From the human T2T-CHM13v2.0 reference genome, Homo sapiens: DNA of 64,000 nt. Both the position numbers and the translations under genes were made by a program. A model generated the notes under the pieces. It ran no database searches. It worked only from the letters and a program-made list of their open reading frames with translations, and had not been told where the DNA came from. Below, piece after piece: positions 1 through 13,637 of this stretch (position 1 is its first letter; each line of letters opens with the position of its first letter). The stretch lies in NCBI RefSeq assembly GCF_009914755.1, contig NC_060935.1, one strand, 5' to 3'.

Positions 1-2039
1 GTGAGAAGACTCATTATTGTCAGTTGGCATTTTTACTCCTTTAAGTCAGTTATAATTCAGGGTACTTTCTAGGGCTAAGTCAAAGCTCTGCATCTAATAA
101 TAAAAATAATCTGGATCTACATTTCTGAGGGTAAGGAAAAAGCTTAGTCCTTCAGTGACAGCTTTGCCCATTAAGAAATGAAACAATGAATGTGGCCAAA
201 TATAGCATTTGGACCATGCTATGCTCTATGAGTACAAGAGAGTTAAAACCTTGGCACTAAAAAACACTACCACCCTTTAGTGCTAATGTTTTCTGGTCAT
301 CAAATAAAGAAATACATGTCCATAGCACATTTATTTTTTAATTTTTAAAATTAAAAAATTACATGTGTTTCAATTCAAAGCTATAAAAATATAATGTGGA
401 TTGTATTGTTTATAAAATCCTTCAATTAATTGGATTTTGGAGCAATAGTTTGCTAGATGAAGATTGTTTTTTACCCTGATTAAAATCCAAAATGGGATAT
501 TCTCTGTGAGACTTACATATATAGAAAATAACAAAACAGATTTCCTAGCATTTAAATGGATAGTTCGCTTGCTTTTCAAGACTAACAAAATCTGCTAATG
601 CTATATTTTGAAGTTTATCAACCTATGTCTAAGAATAAATAATTTCCACAATACAGTAGTAGCTGTCATGAAACATTTTAGTTATTGTTTCTCTGGTCTC
701 AGGCTTTTGCAAGTGTCCTTATGTACTCCAGATCATTGTGTACTATTTGTAAGACAGAAGAAATACAGATCCTGATTTTTGGCAAGAAACGCACAGAGTA
801 GGACAGAAGCAGGGAGTCAAGCTACTCTTGACTTCCTGTTTACTCTAATAGCCTTTGGAAAACTTGGTGAGACTTCCAACATCCACTGACCTTGACCACT
901 GTTGGGTCATTCGATGGTGGCATTTTGTGGCATTTATATATTGCATGTAGGCATTACTACTGAAATCTTTGGAATATAGTTGGCAAATGCAGTTGGGATT
1001 CTCTCCAGTTTACCAGGGAGACTATGAGATTGTGGCTTGTTTCTGCTTTACTGTCAAAATATTCAGAGTTTCAAAACAGAGTCTGTGGTTAGGTTGAAGG
1101 GGAGAAAAGTACATTTAAGATTACTCCCCGTAGAGTAGCACATGTGAATAAACAGGAGGAAAGCAGGATCAGTCAGAAAAGTTAAATAAAAAGGAAGTTG
1201 AGCACTTTTGCTTCATTTGGCCCTTTGATTTAATAGTCAAAGAATCTTATAATTGGAAGGGATCTCGGGGTTAATCTAATCGAATACCCGCTCCAGGTCC
1301 ATGCATATGGTCATCTAGCCTTTACTTAAATACACTGTAACCAAGGTGGAACCATTAACATTTCTTTTTTCTCTATATTAATTAATTGGCTATGATGTTA
1401 TTACTTCTATCAACAGGTCTCAGATCTGTCTTTTAAAGGAAAAGAGAATAAGCTGGGTTGTCTGTCCCTATAAATGATGTCCCTTTAAATAGGTAGAACA
1501 ACTACCTTTAGAAGGGATTCCCCAGATCATCTGTCTTACTTCTCTAATTTTTCAGGGATTAAACTAAGACCTCCAGAAATGAAGTAATTTCTCAGAGTTA
1601 CAAAGCTGTTTAATTGCAGAACCTGAGCTAAAAGCCTGGCTCAGTTACATGGAAAGCAGAGATTTTGAAGCCAGCTATTATAGCCACCTTATCTTCTTTG
1701 CTCTAAGTGAAGCAGACCTAGTTTCTTCTACTTTTTCTCATGGCACTAAGCTTCTAGACTTCATACTACACATCTCCTAGTACCTACTATGGGCTAGGGA
1801 CAAGCTTCACAAAGAGAACAAGTATCTAATATTGAGGAGCTCATGGTCTAGAATGGAAAAATAAATAACTGCAGCATCAGTGAGAAGTGCTATATTTATG
1901 AAATATGTTTAAATTCCTATGTGAACATAGATATCAGAGTGATTGCAGAACGTTATTGAAGTGATATTTCAGTTAATAGAACTGATTTGACCTCTTTAAT
2001 AGCCTACAGCAATAGTAGTATTACATAACAGAAGTCTCC

Positions 2040-2372
<333 letters not shown>

Positions 2373-2470
2373 TTAACCAAAACTCATAACTGTCTTGACT
2401 GGACCTGGAGATGCTAACTGCTCATGGCTAGAAAGCTGCTCTTGAGTATATCTTCACAATGCTCTGCAAA

Positions 2471-2537
2471 CAAGTAGAGTTGTACACTTACCAAATAGAA
2501 TTGTATACATACCTAGTAGAGTTGTGTATTTATCAAG
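2471..2537. repeat. Degenerate 21-bp minisatellite, about 3 copies
   Basis: caagtagagttgtacacttac / caaatagaattgtatacatac / ctagtagagttgtgtatttat. Confidence 0.8.
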
Positions 2538-3807
2538 ATTCATCTGAGTTTTTTACCTAACCCATTTATCTCCCTTTAACTTGTTAATTATGTCAGCTGC
2601 TGTTGCTGTTGCTGTAATTATGTAATTTGATTAAATATTTTGTGAAGTGATAAAATACTCATCTTAATGTTTCTATAAAATGTAAGGTGAATGTTTTGGA
2701 AAGGCTTGTGAAACACCAAATGTTTAAAACATGCTATTAATGTGGGCAAGATAATTATGAAAGGTTGAGGAGAAACAAAGTCTAGAAGTATTTGGACACT
2801 CATATTACTTTCCCAATGTCTTTTATTATCAGTCAATTTTCTTCACAAAAAATGGTTGAGACCCATGGCGACCATTTTAAATAAAAATAGGCAATTTAAT
2901 ATACATTAATGTTTTAAATGAAAATAAAATGTTTAAAGAATCTTCTCTGTATCTGACCAATCTGGTCAACTAGTCTTGTTCCTATTACACAAATGAGTTC
3001 TTATTGACTACGTACCATGTGCCAGGCACATTGTCTGAAAGAATTGCCTGCATAGTTTTATTTAATCCTTGGGCCAACTATTACTACAACTTAACATGTA
3101 ATGAGTCTTAGAAAAGTTCAACAACATGTTTGTGTTCCCACAGCTAATAAATCAGGAAGAGGGCATTCCAATCCGCTGTTATGAAAGGCATGATTTTACA
3201 ATGTACTTTCTCTTTCACAATCCAATATAAAATCAATGATGTTTCTTGCATAGGTGCACCTGCCTACATCCTAATCCTGATACAGACTTTTTTTTTTTTC
3301 TGTATAATTAGTTTTGAGATAAAAAAAAGGCCAACATCTACACAGCATATCTCCACCCTCGAGAATGTTACTTCTTGTTCTGGAAAGTCCCCTTCCTCGG
3401 TTTACCCATTTGAATACATACGTAATTTGGTGTAGATACTCATTAATTTCTTCCAAAAAATTGTTCCCAAAGAAACCACTTCACATTGATTTTTTCACCT
3501 TTACTTTTGTAGAATAGCATTCATTATTGGATTTTGTACATTTAATCATTCACCTATTCAATAAATAAGTGTCAAAACATATTCTCAGTACTCAATAAAT
3601 ATTAATTAGATTGATTTTACAAACAATTTATAAGCAGAGGCTACTATGGCTTAATTCATTCACATCATAATTATTAGTTGATCACTAAATATAAAGAAGC
3701 ATGTGCCAAGTAGAAAGATGATTACGTATGAAAGCTCTATTAGCACTCACTGACTTAGCACTATCATTGCCAGGCACTTTTCTAAGACTTGTGTGTATTA
3801 ACCTTTT

Positions 3808-5153
3808 ACATTTTTTTGTTTAAACTTCCAACTTTTATTTTAAGTTCAGGGGTACATGTGCAGCATGTGCAGGTTTGTTACATAGGTAACGGTGTGCCAT
3901 GGTGGTTTGCTGTACAGATCATCCCATCACCCAGGTATTAATCCCAGCATCTATTAGCTATTCTTCCTGATGCTCTCCCTTTTTCCACTCCCCACTCTCC
4001 AACAGGCCCCAGTGTGTCTTGTTTCCCCCCATGTGTCCATGTGTTCTTATCAGTCAGCTCCCAGTTATAAGTGGGAACGGGTGGTATTTGGTTTTCTGTT
4101 CTTGTGTTAGTTTGCTGAAAATAATGGCCTCTAGCTCCATCCATGTCCCTGCAAAGGACATGACCTCGTTCCTCTTTATGGCTGCATAGCATTCCATGGT
4201 GTATATGTACCACATTTTCTTTATCTAGTCTATCACTGATCAGTATTTAGGCTGATTCCATGTCTTTGCTATTGTGAATAGTGCTACAATGAACTTACAT
4301 GTGCATGTATCTTTATAATAGAATGATTTATATTCCTTTGGGTATATATTCAGTAATGGGATTGCTAGGTTGAATTCTTTTGGCCCTAGGTCTTTGAGGA
4401 ATCCTCACACTGTCTTCCACAATGGTTGAACTAATTTACACTCCCACCAACAGTGTAAAAGCATTCCTTTTTCTCCACAGCCTCATCAGCAGCTGTTGTT
4501 TTTTTGCCTTTGAATAATAGCCATTCTGACTGGTGTGAGATGGTATCTCTTTGCGGTTTTTATTTGCGTTTCTCTAATGATCAGGGATGTTGAGCTTTTT
4601 TTTCATGTTTGTTGGCCACACCTCTGTCTTCCTTTGAGAAATGTCTGCTCATGTCCTTTGTCCACTTTTTAATGTGGTTATTTTTTTCATGTAAACTTGT
4701 TTAAGTTCCTTACAGATACTGGATATTAGAGCTTTGTTAGATAGATAGATTGTAAAATTTTTCTCCTATTCTGTAGGTTGTCTGTTTACTCTGTTGATAG
4801 TTTCTTATATCCCATATGTCAATTTTTGCATTTGTTGCAATTACTTTTGGTGTCTTCATCATAAAATGTTTCCTCATGCCTATGTCTTGAATGGTATTGC
4901 CTAGGTTGTCTTTGAGGGCTTTTATAGTTTTGGGTTTTACATTTAAGTCCTGAATCCATCTTGAGTTGATTTTTGTATATGGTATAAGGAAGGGGTCCAG
5001 TTTCAATTTTCTGCCTATGGCTAGCCAGTTCTCCCAGCATCATTTATTAAATAAGAAATAATTTCCCCATTGCTTGTTTTTGTCAGGTTTGTTGATGATC
5101 AGATGGTTGTAGGTGCATGGTCTTATTTCTGGGTTCTCTATTTTGTTCCATTG
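3808..5153 (-). mobile_element. 5'-truncated L1PA (about PA8-PA10) inserted into a MIR
   Basis: L1 3'UTR and ORF2 end ([18 protein letters not shown]...). TSD ttaacctttt at 3798-3807 and 5154-5163; MIR sequence on both sides. Confidence 0.92.
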
Positions 5154-6299
5154 TTAACCTTTTCTAGATTGCCACATCACCTTATAAGATAGGTACAATT
5201 ATTATTCTTATTTTGTTGAAGAGGAAACAAAGGACAAGAGATCAAGTAAAACATTCCCAAGGTCATACAGCAAGAATCTAGTAGAACCAAGATTTACATA
5301 GAATCTGAGTCAAGGTTGCAGTATTAATTATTATACTATGTTGCCTAAATAAACAGAATGATGAGAATAAATACACCATACTTTGAGAACATAGAGGAGA
5401 GTATTCCCCAATGGAAGTAACTTTTTCTGTTGAATTCTGAAGGAAGATTAGGAGCCAACCCAGTGTGGTATTGGGGAGAGTACTACACAGAGAACATAGC
5501 ATATGCAAAGACTTCAAGGAAAAAAAAGGAGAGAGATAGCATGGCAGTTTGAGGAAACAAGTATGTCAGTTCAGCATTGTAGAGAATTATTATTTCAAAC
5601 TGGGAAGAGCAAAGAGAACAACTAGCCAATGAATTTTAAAAAGGGGTATTTTTAAAATTGTGTAAATAAGCATAGCCTTTTCAAATATTACTCTATTTGA
5701 ATAATGCATTACATAATAAAGTATAGTCTTCTGCCTACAAATTCACAGATGATTATAAACAAATAAAGAGAAGAATAAAAATGTACTCATAGAGGATTTT
5801 GAAACCAATGTTATATATAAATTAAATCAGTCACAATTGGAAAGGAATTCTTTATTAAGCTTTTAAATGAAAATGCATTTATTTTTCCATTTTTAAATTG
5901 TTATTCTGAGATCAAATATTTGAAAAATATCTCACAAATTATGTATCTAATCAAAGTGAAGTTTATATATGTGTGCTTGAATAAAGAGAGCTACAAATTT
6001 CATGCAGATATTTTAATTTCATTTATTTAGCTAGCTCTTTTGGAATAATATCAATGAAATAGCTACCATGACACCTGGGGGCCTGGTGTTTCACACAAAA
6101 ATTACATTTTCTTTTAGAAAGCAGCTCATTATATTGTCCTTTTAAGTACTAAGAAAAGGATGCCATATTCACTCAGTGGTCTCTATCGTCTTAAAGAAGA
6201 ACATTGAAAATAAAGCTCATAACAATAATTACAACACTTAAAAAGTATTTAGTACCTACTATGTGCCAGGCACTGTTCTAAGCACTTTAACTTTCCATA

Positions 6300-7620
6300 T
6301 TATCTTTCAGCTCTTTAAAAATGCCATTCAATTGGCTTCTAGGCTCTGTTGTTTCTGATGAGAAGTCAGGAATAATTCTTATCTGGTTCTCTATTTTATA
6401 ATGCATTTGTTTTCTCTTACTGCTTTTATTTTATCATTGGTTTTCTGCAGTGTCTCTATATCCATTGTGGTAGTAGTTTGCTTTATTTGTTTGTATTTAT
6501 CCTGTTTGAAACTTCTTGGATCTGTATGTTAACGTTTTTGATTAAACTTGAGAAAATTTTAGCTAATTTTTTTTCTTTTCTTTTTTTCTGGTCATTATCT
6601 CTTCCCTCTCCTAGTGAGGATCCAGTTACAGATATATTAAACTGCTAGGTATTACTGTACAGGTCACTGAAGCTCTGTTCACTTTTCCTTAATCCATTTT
6701 TTGTTCATTTCAGTTATGTTTAAATTCATTAGTTCAAAATAATACTTTTAATAATAGTCATAATAATACAACTAATTGTACCTTTCAAGATGACAAGGAA
6801 ACAACTCATTATCTTGAGAACTGGGTAAGTAGTAAAAAAGAATCAATCACTTACAATGCCTTTCTTATATAAGCTCTACAACTATAATAAATGAGGATAA
6901 ATGGCTCTTTGCAAAATTATTCCAGATAATAAATAGAAACAAAATTGATAGAAATATTATCACCTTAAGAATTGAACATTAATGGCTGCTAATGTAAAAT
7001 AGGGTGAAAATAATATTACTTGCTTTATTATAAAAGGGCGTGCCATCACCTATAGTCTAGCAAAGGGATCACACATGAGTCTGATAATACCTCTAGATCC
7101 AGCTGCCATTTTTTTTTCTTTTTTGAAAGAGTAGAGAGAGACATATTGAACTATATTATGGGTATACATTAGAGATGAGTAGATTTGGCAAACTATATAG
7201 GTCTAATGGCCTGAGTTCTTCAGCAGATAAACTATAAGGTAAATAAAATATAGAGTGGAATTCAACAAATTAAAGAAGACTGAAAAGACAAATTAAGCTA
7301 AAAAAAAAATGGGCAAGACTAAAATAGTGTATCCAGGAAAACATATAGGAATAGAGCATCCAGCTTAAAACATAAAGGAATAGATGAAAAGAACATAAAG
7401 GACTACTTTTAAAGTCAGATTAGTGGTTACTTTCAGAAGGAGAGAAAGAACTGTGATTATAATAGGCATGTAGAAGTGTTCTGGTAGCTGGCAAAGTTCT
7501 ATTTTTGTTCTAGGTGGTAGTTACAGGATTTTTGTCTCATAATAATTATATAAAATAATACATTAAACAATATGTATTTTGTATGCTTTTCTGTATCTGT
7601 GTTTTATTGAATAACAAAAT
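6300..7620. mobile_element. Old L1M (L1MC/ME-type) fragments
   Basis: Degenerate L1M-like motifs (gtttctgatgagaagtcag; gctggcaaagttctatttttg...ggtggtagttac). Confidence 0.55.
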
Positions 7621-7965
7621 GGTAAAAAAAATGCATACACAATATGCCGTTCAGTATTCTCTATGTGTGCATGTATTTGTGTTTTTTAGTAAAGAAAATT
7701 CTATGTATTTCCAGGAGTTTGAGCTCTTAACCAGGATATTAAAGGAAAGGGTGATTCTAGAAGGCAGAGTTTTGTGACCTCAAGGTTATAAGTCCAAGTT
7801 TATATTGAAAATTTTAATTCTGTCAAAATAGGCCCCAAGAATGAACTAGAAGGGTGAAACAAAGAAAGGTACATTTCTCTACAAAATAACAGATCATGAA
7901 TTTTGAATGTTTCCCTGGTAGATACATAGCGAAAAGACGTAAGGAGGATTTTTTGAGAGAGGGAG

Positions 7966-8418
7966 TGTTGTGGGTTTAATCTTGTTCTCCCAAAAGATGG
8001 TGAAGTTCTAATCTCCAGTATCTGTGACTTTATTTAGAAATAGGGTGTTTGAAGATGATTATGTTAAGATGAAGTTATTAGAGTGGTCCCTAATCCAATG
8101 AAACTGTGTTTGTTTTAATAAATGGAAAATTTGGACACAGAAACAGACATGCATACAGGGAGAATGACACGTGAAGACCGAAGGAGAAAGAAGAGTGATT
8201 CATCCCTAAGCCACGGAATGCCAAAGATTTCCGGCAAACTACTGGAAGCTGGGAGAGAGTCATGGAACAGATTCTCTCTCACAGTCTTCAGAAGGAAACA
8301 ACCTTGCTAATATCTCGATCTCAGACTTGTACCCTCCAGAAGTATGAGACACAAACTTTGTTGTTTAAGCCACTTAATTTGTGGTACTTTGTTATGGCAG
8401 CTGTAGCAAACTAACACA
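7966..8418 (+). mobile_element. MLT1 (MLT1C-like) MaLR solo LTR
   Basis: TG...CA ends, ccctaatccaat and tttgtggtactttgttatggcagc motifs; 5-bp TSD gggag/gagag. Confidence 0.88.
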
Positions 8419-10213
8419 GAGAGAGGGCATGCCAGAGGAAGAAGATGGCAGATTCTGGACTACAGGGAAAAGCACATGGAGAACTTGCCTGTGGGGGATG
8501 GCTAAGGAACTTCAGGACTAGAGGTGGCCAGGAGACAACTGTGAGAAATGCTGAGGAGGCACTGGAGGTTTCAAGCTGGGGGCTTGAACTCTAAATTGGG
8601 ATATTAAAGGAAAAGGGGATTTGAGAAGGCAGAGAATTTTGTACATCAAGGTTATAAATCCAGGTATATATTGAAGTTGTTAATATTTAGGTATTCTTTA
8701 TGCCTTTGAGTAAATACATGAGGAAGACTTGCACTGAAACAGAAAAGGAATATGTGTATGTTACGAAATATATATAGATATAGATGATATGTGTGTATAT
8801 ATATTCATATACATGCAGTATACATTCATGTTGTCACTACATACTTACATACATACATACAAACAGGTATATAAATAAAAATGAGTCCACTGTATGTTTA
8901 ATTAATATTATACACACACATGTAATATTTGAATGTGAGAAAGAGAACATGTACTCTTCATTCAGTGGCTTGTATCCTTCGCAGCTGTAAATAAAACAAG
9001 CTGAAAGGCAGCTAAAAAGATGAAATCACTGTCAAGGACAGACACACAGGAAAGCAGTTTTATTTTTAATGTTTTGAAGTCATAAGAGTTATTTCTGCAA
9101 GTGTACTGCTTGGTTATTTTTCCTTTTTTCATTTTCAGTGTTTGTCTTTCATGCCTTGTGGGCAAGGACATTTGTATTGCTATCTGCATAGCCCCTTCAC
9201 AATAATGTCTTCCATTCAGCTCTCTCAGGACGGCATACAAAGCCCGTAAATTAGAACGATTGCCATTAAAAGATTGTGTGGGAAGTTCTTTCGGTTATAA
9301 AATTTTCAAAGCCTTAAAGTGCTAGAGCCAATTACTGGGGCAATTAGAGGGTGACTTTTTCACTATGGATACTACTTTAAGTGGCCCTAACACTAAGAGA
9401 GCTGGGCCCACACACTTTCTTCCTAAATCAGTAGGCCTTGGGCAGATTGATGTCCCAAATCAGCAAACAATATAGAAAGGGTATAGAAAGTTACAGAAAC
9501 AGAAGGAGGGACTATAGAGATGAGTATTTAACTCTAGAACACATATAATAAGAACTGCCATTTGTGGAATATCTACTGGGTGCCCAGTACCTATTTTCTA
9601 GCCCCTTTATATACTATTACATTACTTAAACCAGAAAGCCACACTTTAACATTGGTATTACTGTTATTCTCATCTTACAGAAAAAGTAACTGAGACTCAG
9701 AATTTCTATGTTAATGGACATGTACAAATAAGAATCATATCCAGCAACTGAACCTAATCTGACAACCAAACCTGTACTATTTCAACTTCACCAAGCTGAG
9801 AAAGAAAAAAAAAAATGATTTACAATCTGTTATAAGCCCTTTCTCCCCAAAAGTTCATGTTTCAACCTATTCTTGACGAAAGAGCTGACCCTGGTTGTGC
9901 TGCTGCAGTAGTTCTCAAGAGAAGGAGCTGACAGGTCTTAGAACTTCTTCCAGTCTGGTCCTTAAGCAGCTGCTAATAATAGGATACTCCTCTCTGATAT
10001 GCTTGTCAGCAGCAACTGCTTAGGAAGTATGAGTCCATGACAGTACCTGTGGGTGGAATTCCAGGTAGAGAAAGAAATCACTGCCGTCTAGATACATTGG
10101 ATGATATCTGGTAACATCAAACTGGGGAAATAAGTTACATATTAGCGAATTTTTTAAACCTGAGTATATTATTTCACTTTTTTCTCATTGTTATTGAGAA
10201 AAACAACTACTTC

Positions 10214-10498
10214 TTTTTTTTTTTTTGAGATGGAGTTTCGCTCTTGTTGCCCAGGCTGGAGTGCAATTGGCTCACCTCAACCTCCGCCTACCGGGTTCAA
10301 GCGATTCTCCTGCCTCAGCCTCCCAGGTAGCTGGGACTACAGGCATGTGCCACCACACCTGGCTAATTCTGTATTTTTAGTAGAGACGGGGTTTCTCCAT
10401 GTTGGTCAGGCTGGTCTTAAACTCCCAACCTCAGATGATCTGCCCGCCTCGGCTTCCCAAAGTGCTGGGATTACAGGTGTGAGTCACCCCACCTGGAC
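10214..10498 (-). mobile_element. Alu, AluSp-like
   Basis: gtttcgctcttgttgccc and gtttctccatgttggtcagg diagnostics; TSD aaaacaac(ta/cg)cttctt at 10200-10215 and 10499-10514. Confidence 0.95.
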
Positions 10499-12007
10499 AA
10501 AACAACCGCTTCTTACTGAACACATCAGGAAAGAAGCAACCTTCAATGCAGGCACCATTACAGATGAAAAATACTTTCAAGTGTTACCACCATTATATCC
10601 ACAGATGCCCTTCTGTCAGATTCCAGGAATTTGTCAGAAACAGCAGGACTCACAGGAAAAGCTTGTTAAAAACATTCGGGGCATCCTTTTCTCTGACCCC
10701 AAAACACCAAAATCAAACAAACAAAACCAGAATGGCCAACACATCCACTATCCAGCAACAGAATTCAGTCTCTGTTCATAAAAAGATTTGTAGGGAGAAC
10801 AACAACATCATAAAACACAACCAAGCTCAACAACACTTAGTCTTTTTGACATTTACTCCTGCAAAATGTGCTGGGTGAGCAGAAACACAGGAGGAAGTGT
10901 TGCACACAAAAGCTTTTGAGAAATAACAGGGCTCTCTTCTATAGAAACAAAAGCCTCACTGGGCCAGCCAAACAAAAGGACTCAGCTGCTAGCAGGAGAG
11001 GAAAAACCTCTTCTTCATTCTCTTCTCCAAAGAAAACAAAGAAATGTTAGTGAGGCAGAAATCATTTTGCATTATCTGACTTTTGAGCAAAAGCATATCT
11101 TTTAATACTGAAAGAACGGTTCTTTTTGAGATAATATTTTGGAAAATGAAAAAGTAGAAAAATGGAGGAAGAAACATCAGAAACTTTTTTTGGGGGGAGT
11201 GGGGTGGTGGGAAGTAGACTGCAAAACATGCTTTTAAAAAATACATCTAGGGGTTAAAGTATATTAAACAAGCAGGTTTTCAAAGGTGGTAGCCAAAATG
11301 TTAATGGAATTCCTCAAGGAGCAATAAATCTCTCCTGTTATAATCCAGGATTCAAGGAGGGGAAACAATGATGTAGTAGCAAGAGCTGTTATTTGAAAAG
11401 GCAGCTTTTTAATCTTGTGTTGTTTTGAGAATTAAAGCAGATAATAAATGTAAGCAGTAGGATACAAAAAAAATGGTGATTTATCTTTATTTTTCTCTTT
11501 TTAAAAATACTATCAATCCAACCTGAAGATACCCATGGTCTTTGGGGAGTGGGGATAAAAACTAGAAGATTCAATGAGTTATTTCACTACTAAAATTATA
11601 AATAGTCTGCCAAAAATTAAGTAAACTGTTTTGAAATAAAAGATCACCAAACAAAAAACAGTTCTTAAATGTAGTATTCAATAAGTTGATTCCTGAACAT
11701 TTTCCTAAATGATATTGACTGGTAATGATTTCCTAGCTACCATAATCAAAAGTCGAAGTCATGCTATTTGGTAATAACAGCAATAAAGACAAACATTGAG
11801 CAATAACTGGGTTAATTAATCTTCATAACAAACCTATAGATAATGTTGTTTCTATTATCTCTATTTTATAAAAGCTTGATAATATTTAAAGACATCACCT
11901 GAGTTCACTAAAGTAGCAAGTAGAAAAGCCAGGATTTGAACCTAGATTTACTTGGCTTCACAGCCAAGTAAATAGTTTTATTTCTACTTCTACTCTATAT
12001 AATAGTA

Positions 12008-12595
12008 CAGTTGGCCATTCAATAACATGGGTTCAAATTGTATAGGCCCATTTATATGCAGATGGTTTCTCAATAAATATATTGGAAAACTTTTTGGAGA
12101 TTTGTGACAATTGGAAAAACCCCACAGATGAACTGCATAGCCTAGAAATATTGCAAACACTTAATATAAAGTTAGGTATGTCATAAATGCATAAAATATA
12201 GGGATATACTCTTCTATTTATTATTTACCAGAAAATATCTCAGACAGCAAGACCAAATCCTTCTCTTCATCCTTCTCCTTACCTACTCAATGTGAAGATG
12301 ATTAGGATGAAGACCTTTACAATAATCCGCTTAATGAACACCAAGTACATTTTCTCTTCTTTATGATTTTCTTAATATTTTCTTTTATCTCACTTACTTC
12401 ATTATAAGAATATCGTATATAATACATATAACATACAAAATATGTGTTAATTGACTATGTTACTGGCAAGGCTTCCTGTCAATGAATACTAGTAGGCTGT
12501 TCATAGTTAAGTTTTGGGGGAATCAAAAGTGATATGTGGATTTTCAATTGTGCTGGTATCTGAACCCCAACCCTACATTGTTTAAGGGTCAACAA
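12008..12595. mobile_element. Tigger2-family (TcMar-Tigger) non-autonomous DNA transposon
   Basis: TIRs cagttggccattcaataac ... gtttaagggtcaacaa, flanked by TA. Confidence 0.85.
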
Positions 12596-12819
12596 TACAT
12601 GCTTTCCTGCAAAGAGAAGTCTAGGGATCTGAAGGCACGAGAAAGCACTGCATTCCTAACTCTCTCATATGGTAAAAAATGCATCAAACTCTCTGACCTA
12701 TAGTTAATAATCTCAGAAACACACATCTAACTAAAGGTCCTTATCATCTTTAGTGCAGATTGAGGGTCAACAGAAGAAATACAGCCTTGCAGCCTAGCAG
12801 CATCACAGGCAAATAAATA

Positions 12820-13500
12820 AAACTAAAAACAGAATTATCATATGATCCAGCAGTCTCACTTCTGTTTGTTTACACAAAATATTTTGAAGTTAGTCAAAGA
12901 GATATCAGCCACCTCATGTTCACGGAAACAATGATAGCCAAGTTATAGAATCAACCTAAGTGTCCATTAAGAGATAAACTGATAAAGAAAATGTGGTTTA
13001 TATAAATAATGGAATATGATTCACCCTTTAAAAAGGAGAAATTGTGTCATTCATGACAACATAGATGGAATTGGAGAACATTATGTTAAGCAAAATAAGT
13101 CCAGCAAATATAAACACTCTATATTCTCATTTATATGTAGAATTGAAAACAACTGAACTCATCAAAGCAGAGAGTAGAATGGTGGTTACAGAGGGTGGAG
13201 GTGAGGAGAATGAGGAGATGATGGTTAAAGAGTACAAAATCTCAGACAGGGGGAATATATTTTTTCTTTTTTTTTTTTTGGGTTCTATTGCCAAACCCGG
13301 TGAATATAGTTAATAATAGACTATTGTATATTTCAAAATCTAAATCTCAAATGTTCTCACCACAAGGCATGTTAAGTATTTGAGGTGACAGATATATTAA
13401 CTAGCTTAATTGTTCCACATTGTGTTAATAAGTTATAATATCACTTTGTATGCCATAAATTTATACAATTATAAGTTGTCAGTTGACAATAAAAAATAAA
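12820..13500 (+). mobile_element. L1MA 3' end
   Basis: ORF2 end (MELENIMLSKIS) and L1MA-type 3'UTR ending in an A-rich tail. Confidence 0.85.
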
Positions 13501-13637
13501 GTTAAACCCAGTTTTCTCTGTTGAAAGAAAAAAAGACTATTCAGTGTATCTGTTTGTCATTCACAGGACCTTTTAGTTGTAGGTTGGTTGATGGGTCAGT
13601 TGGTGGTTGCAATTTATTTTTAATTTATTCAGGAAAA

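Noticed and set aside
333-359. 13-bp A/T-only palindrome attttttaatttt-t-aaaattaaaaaat
   Set aside because: Low complexity and expected by chance in AT-rich DNA.
6068-6088. CTCF-like gacacctgggggcctgg
   Set aside because: Mismatches at core positions; a single weak motif is insufficient.
10188-10781. 197-aa plus-strand ORF
   Set aside because: The first half is translated antisense Alu and the start is non-ATG; no domain is recognisable.
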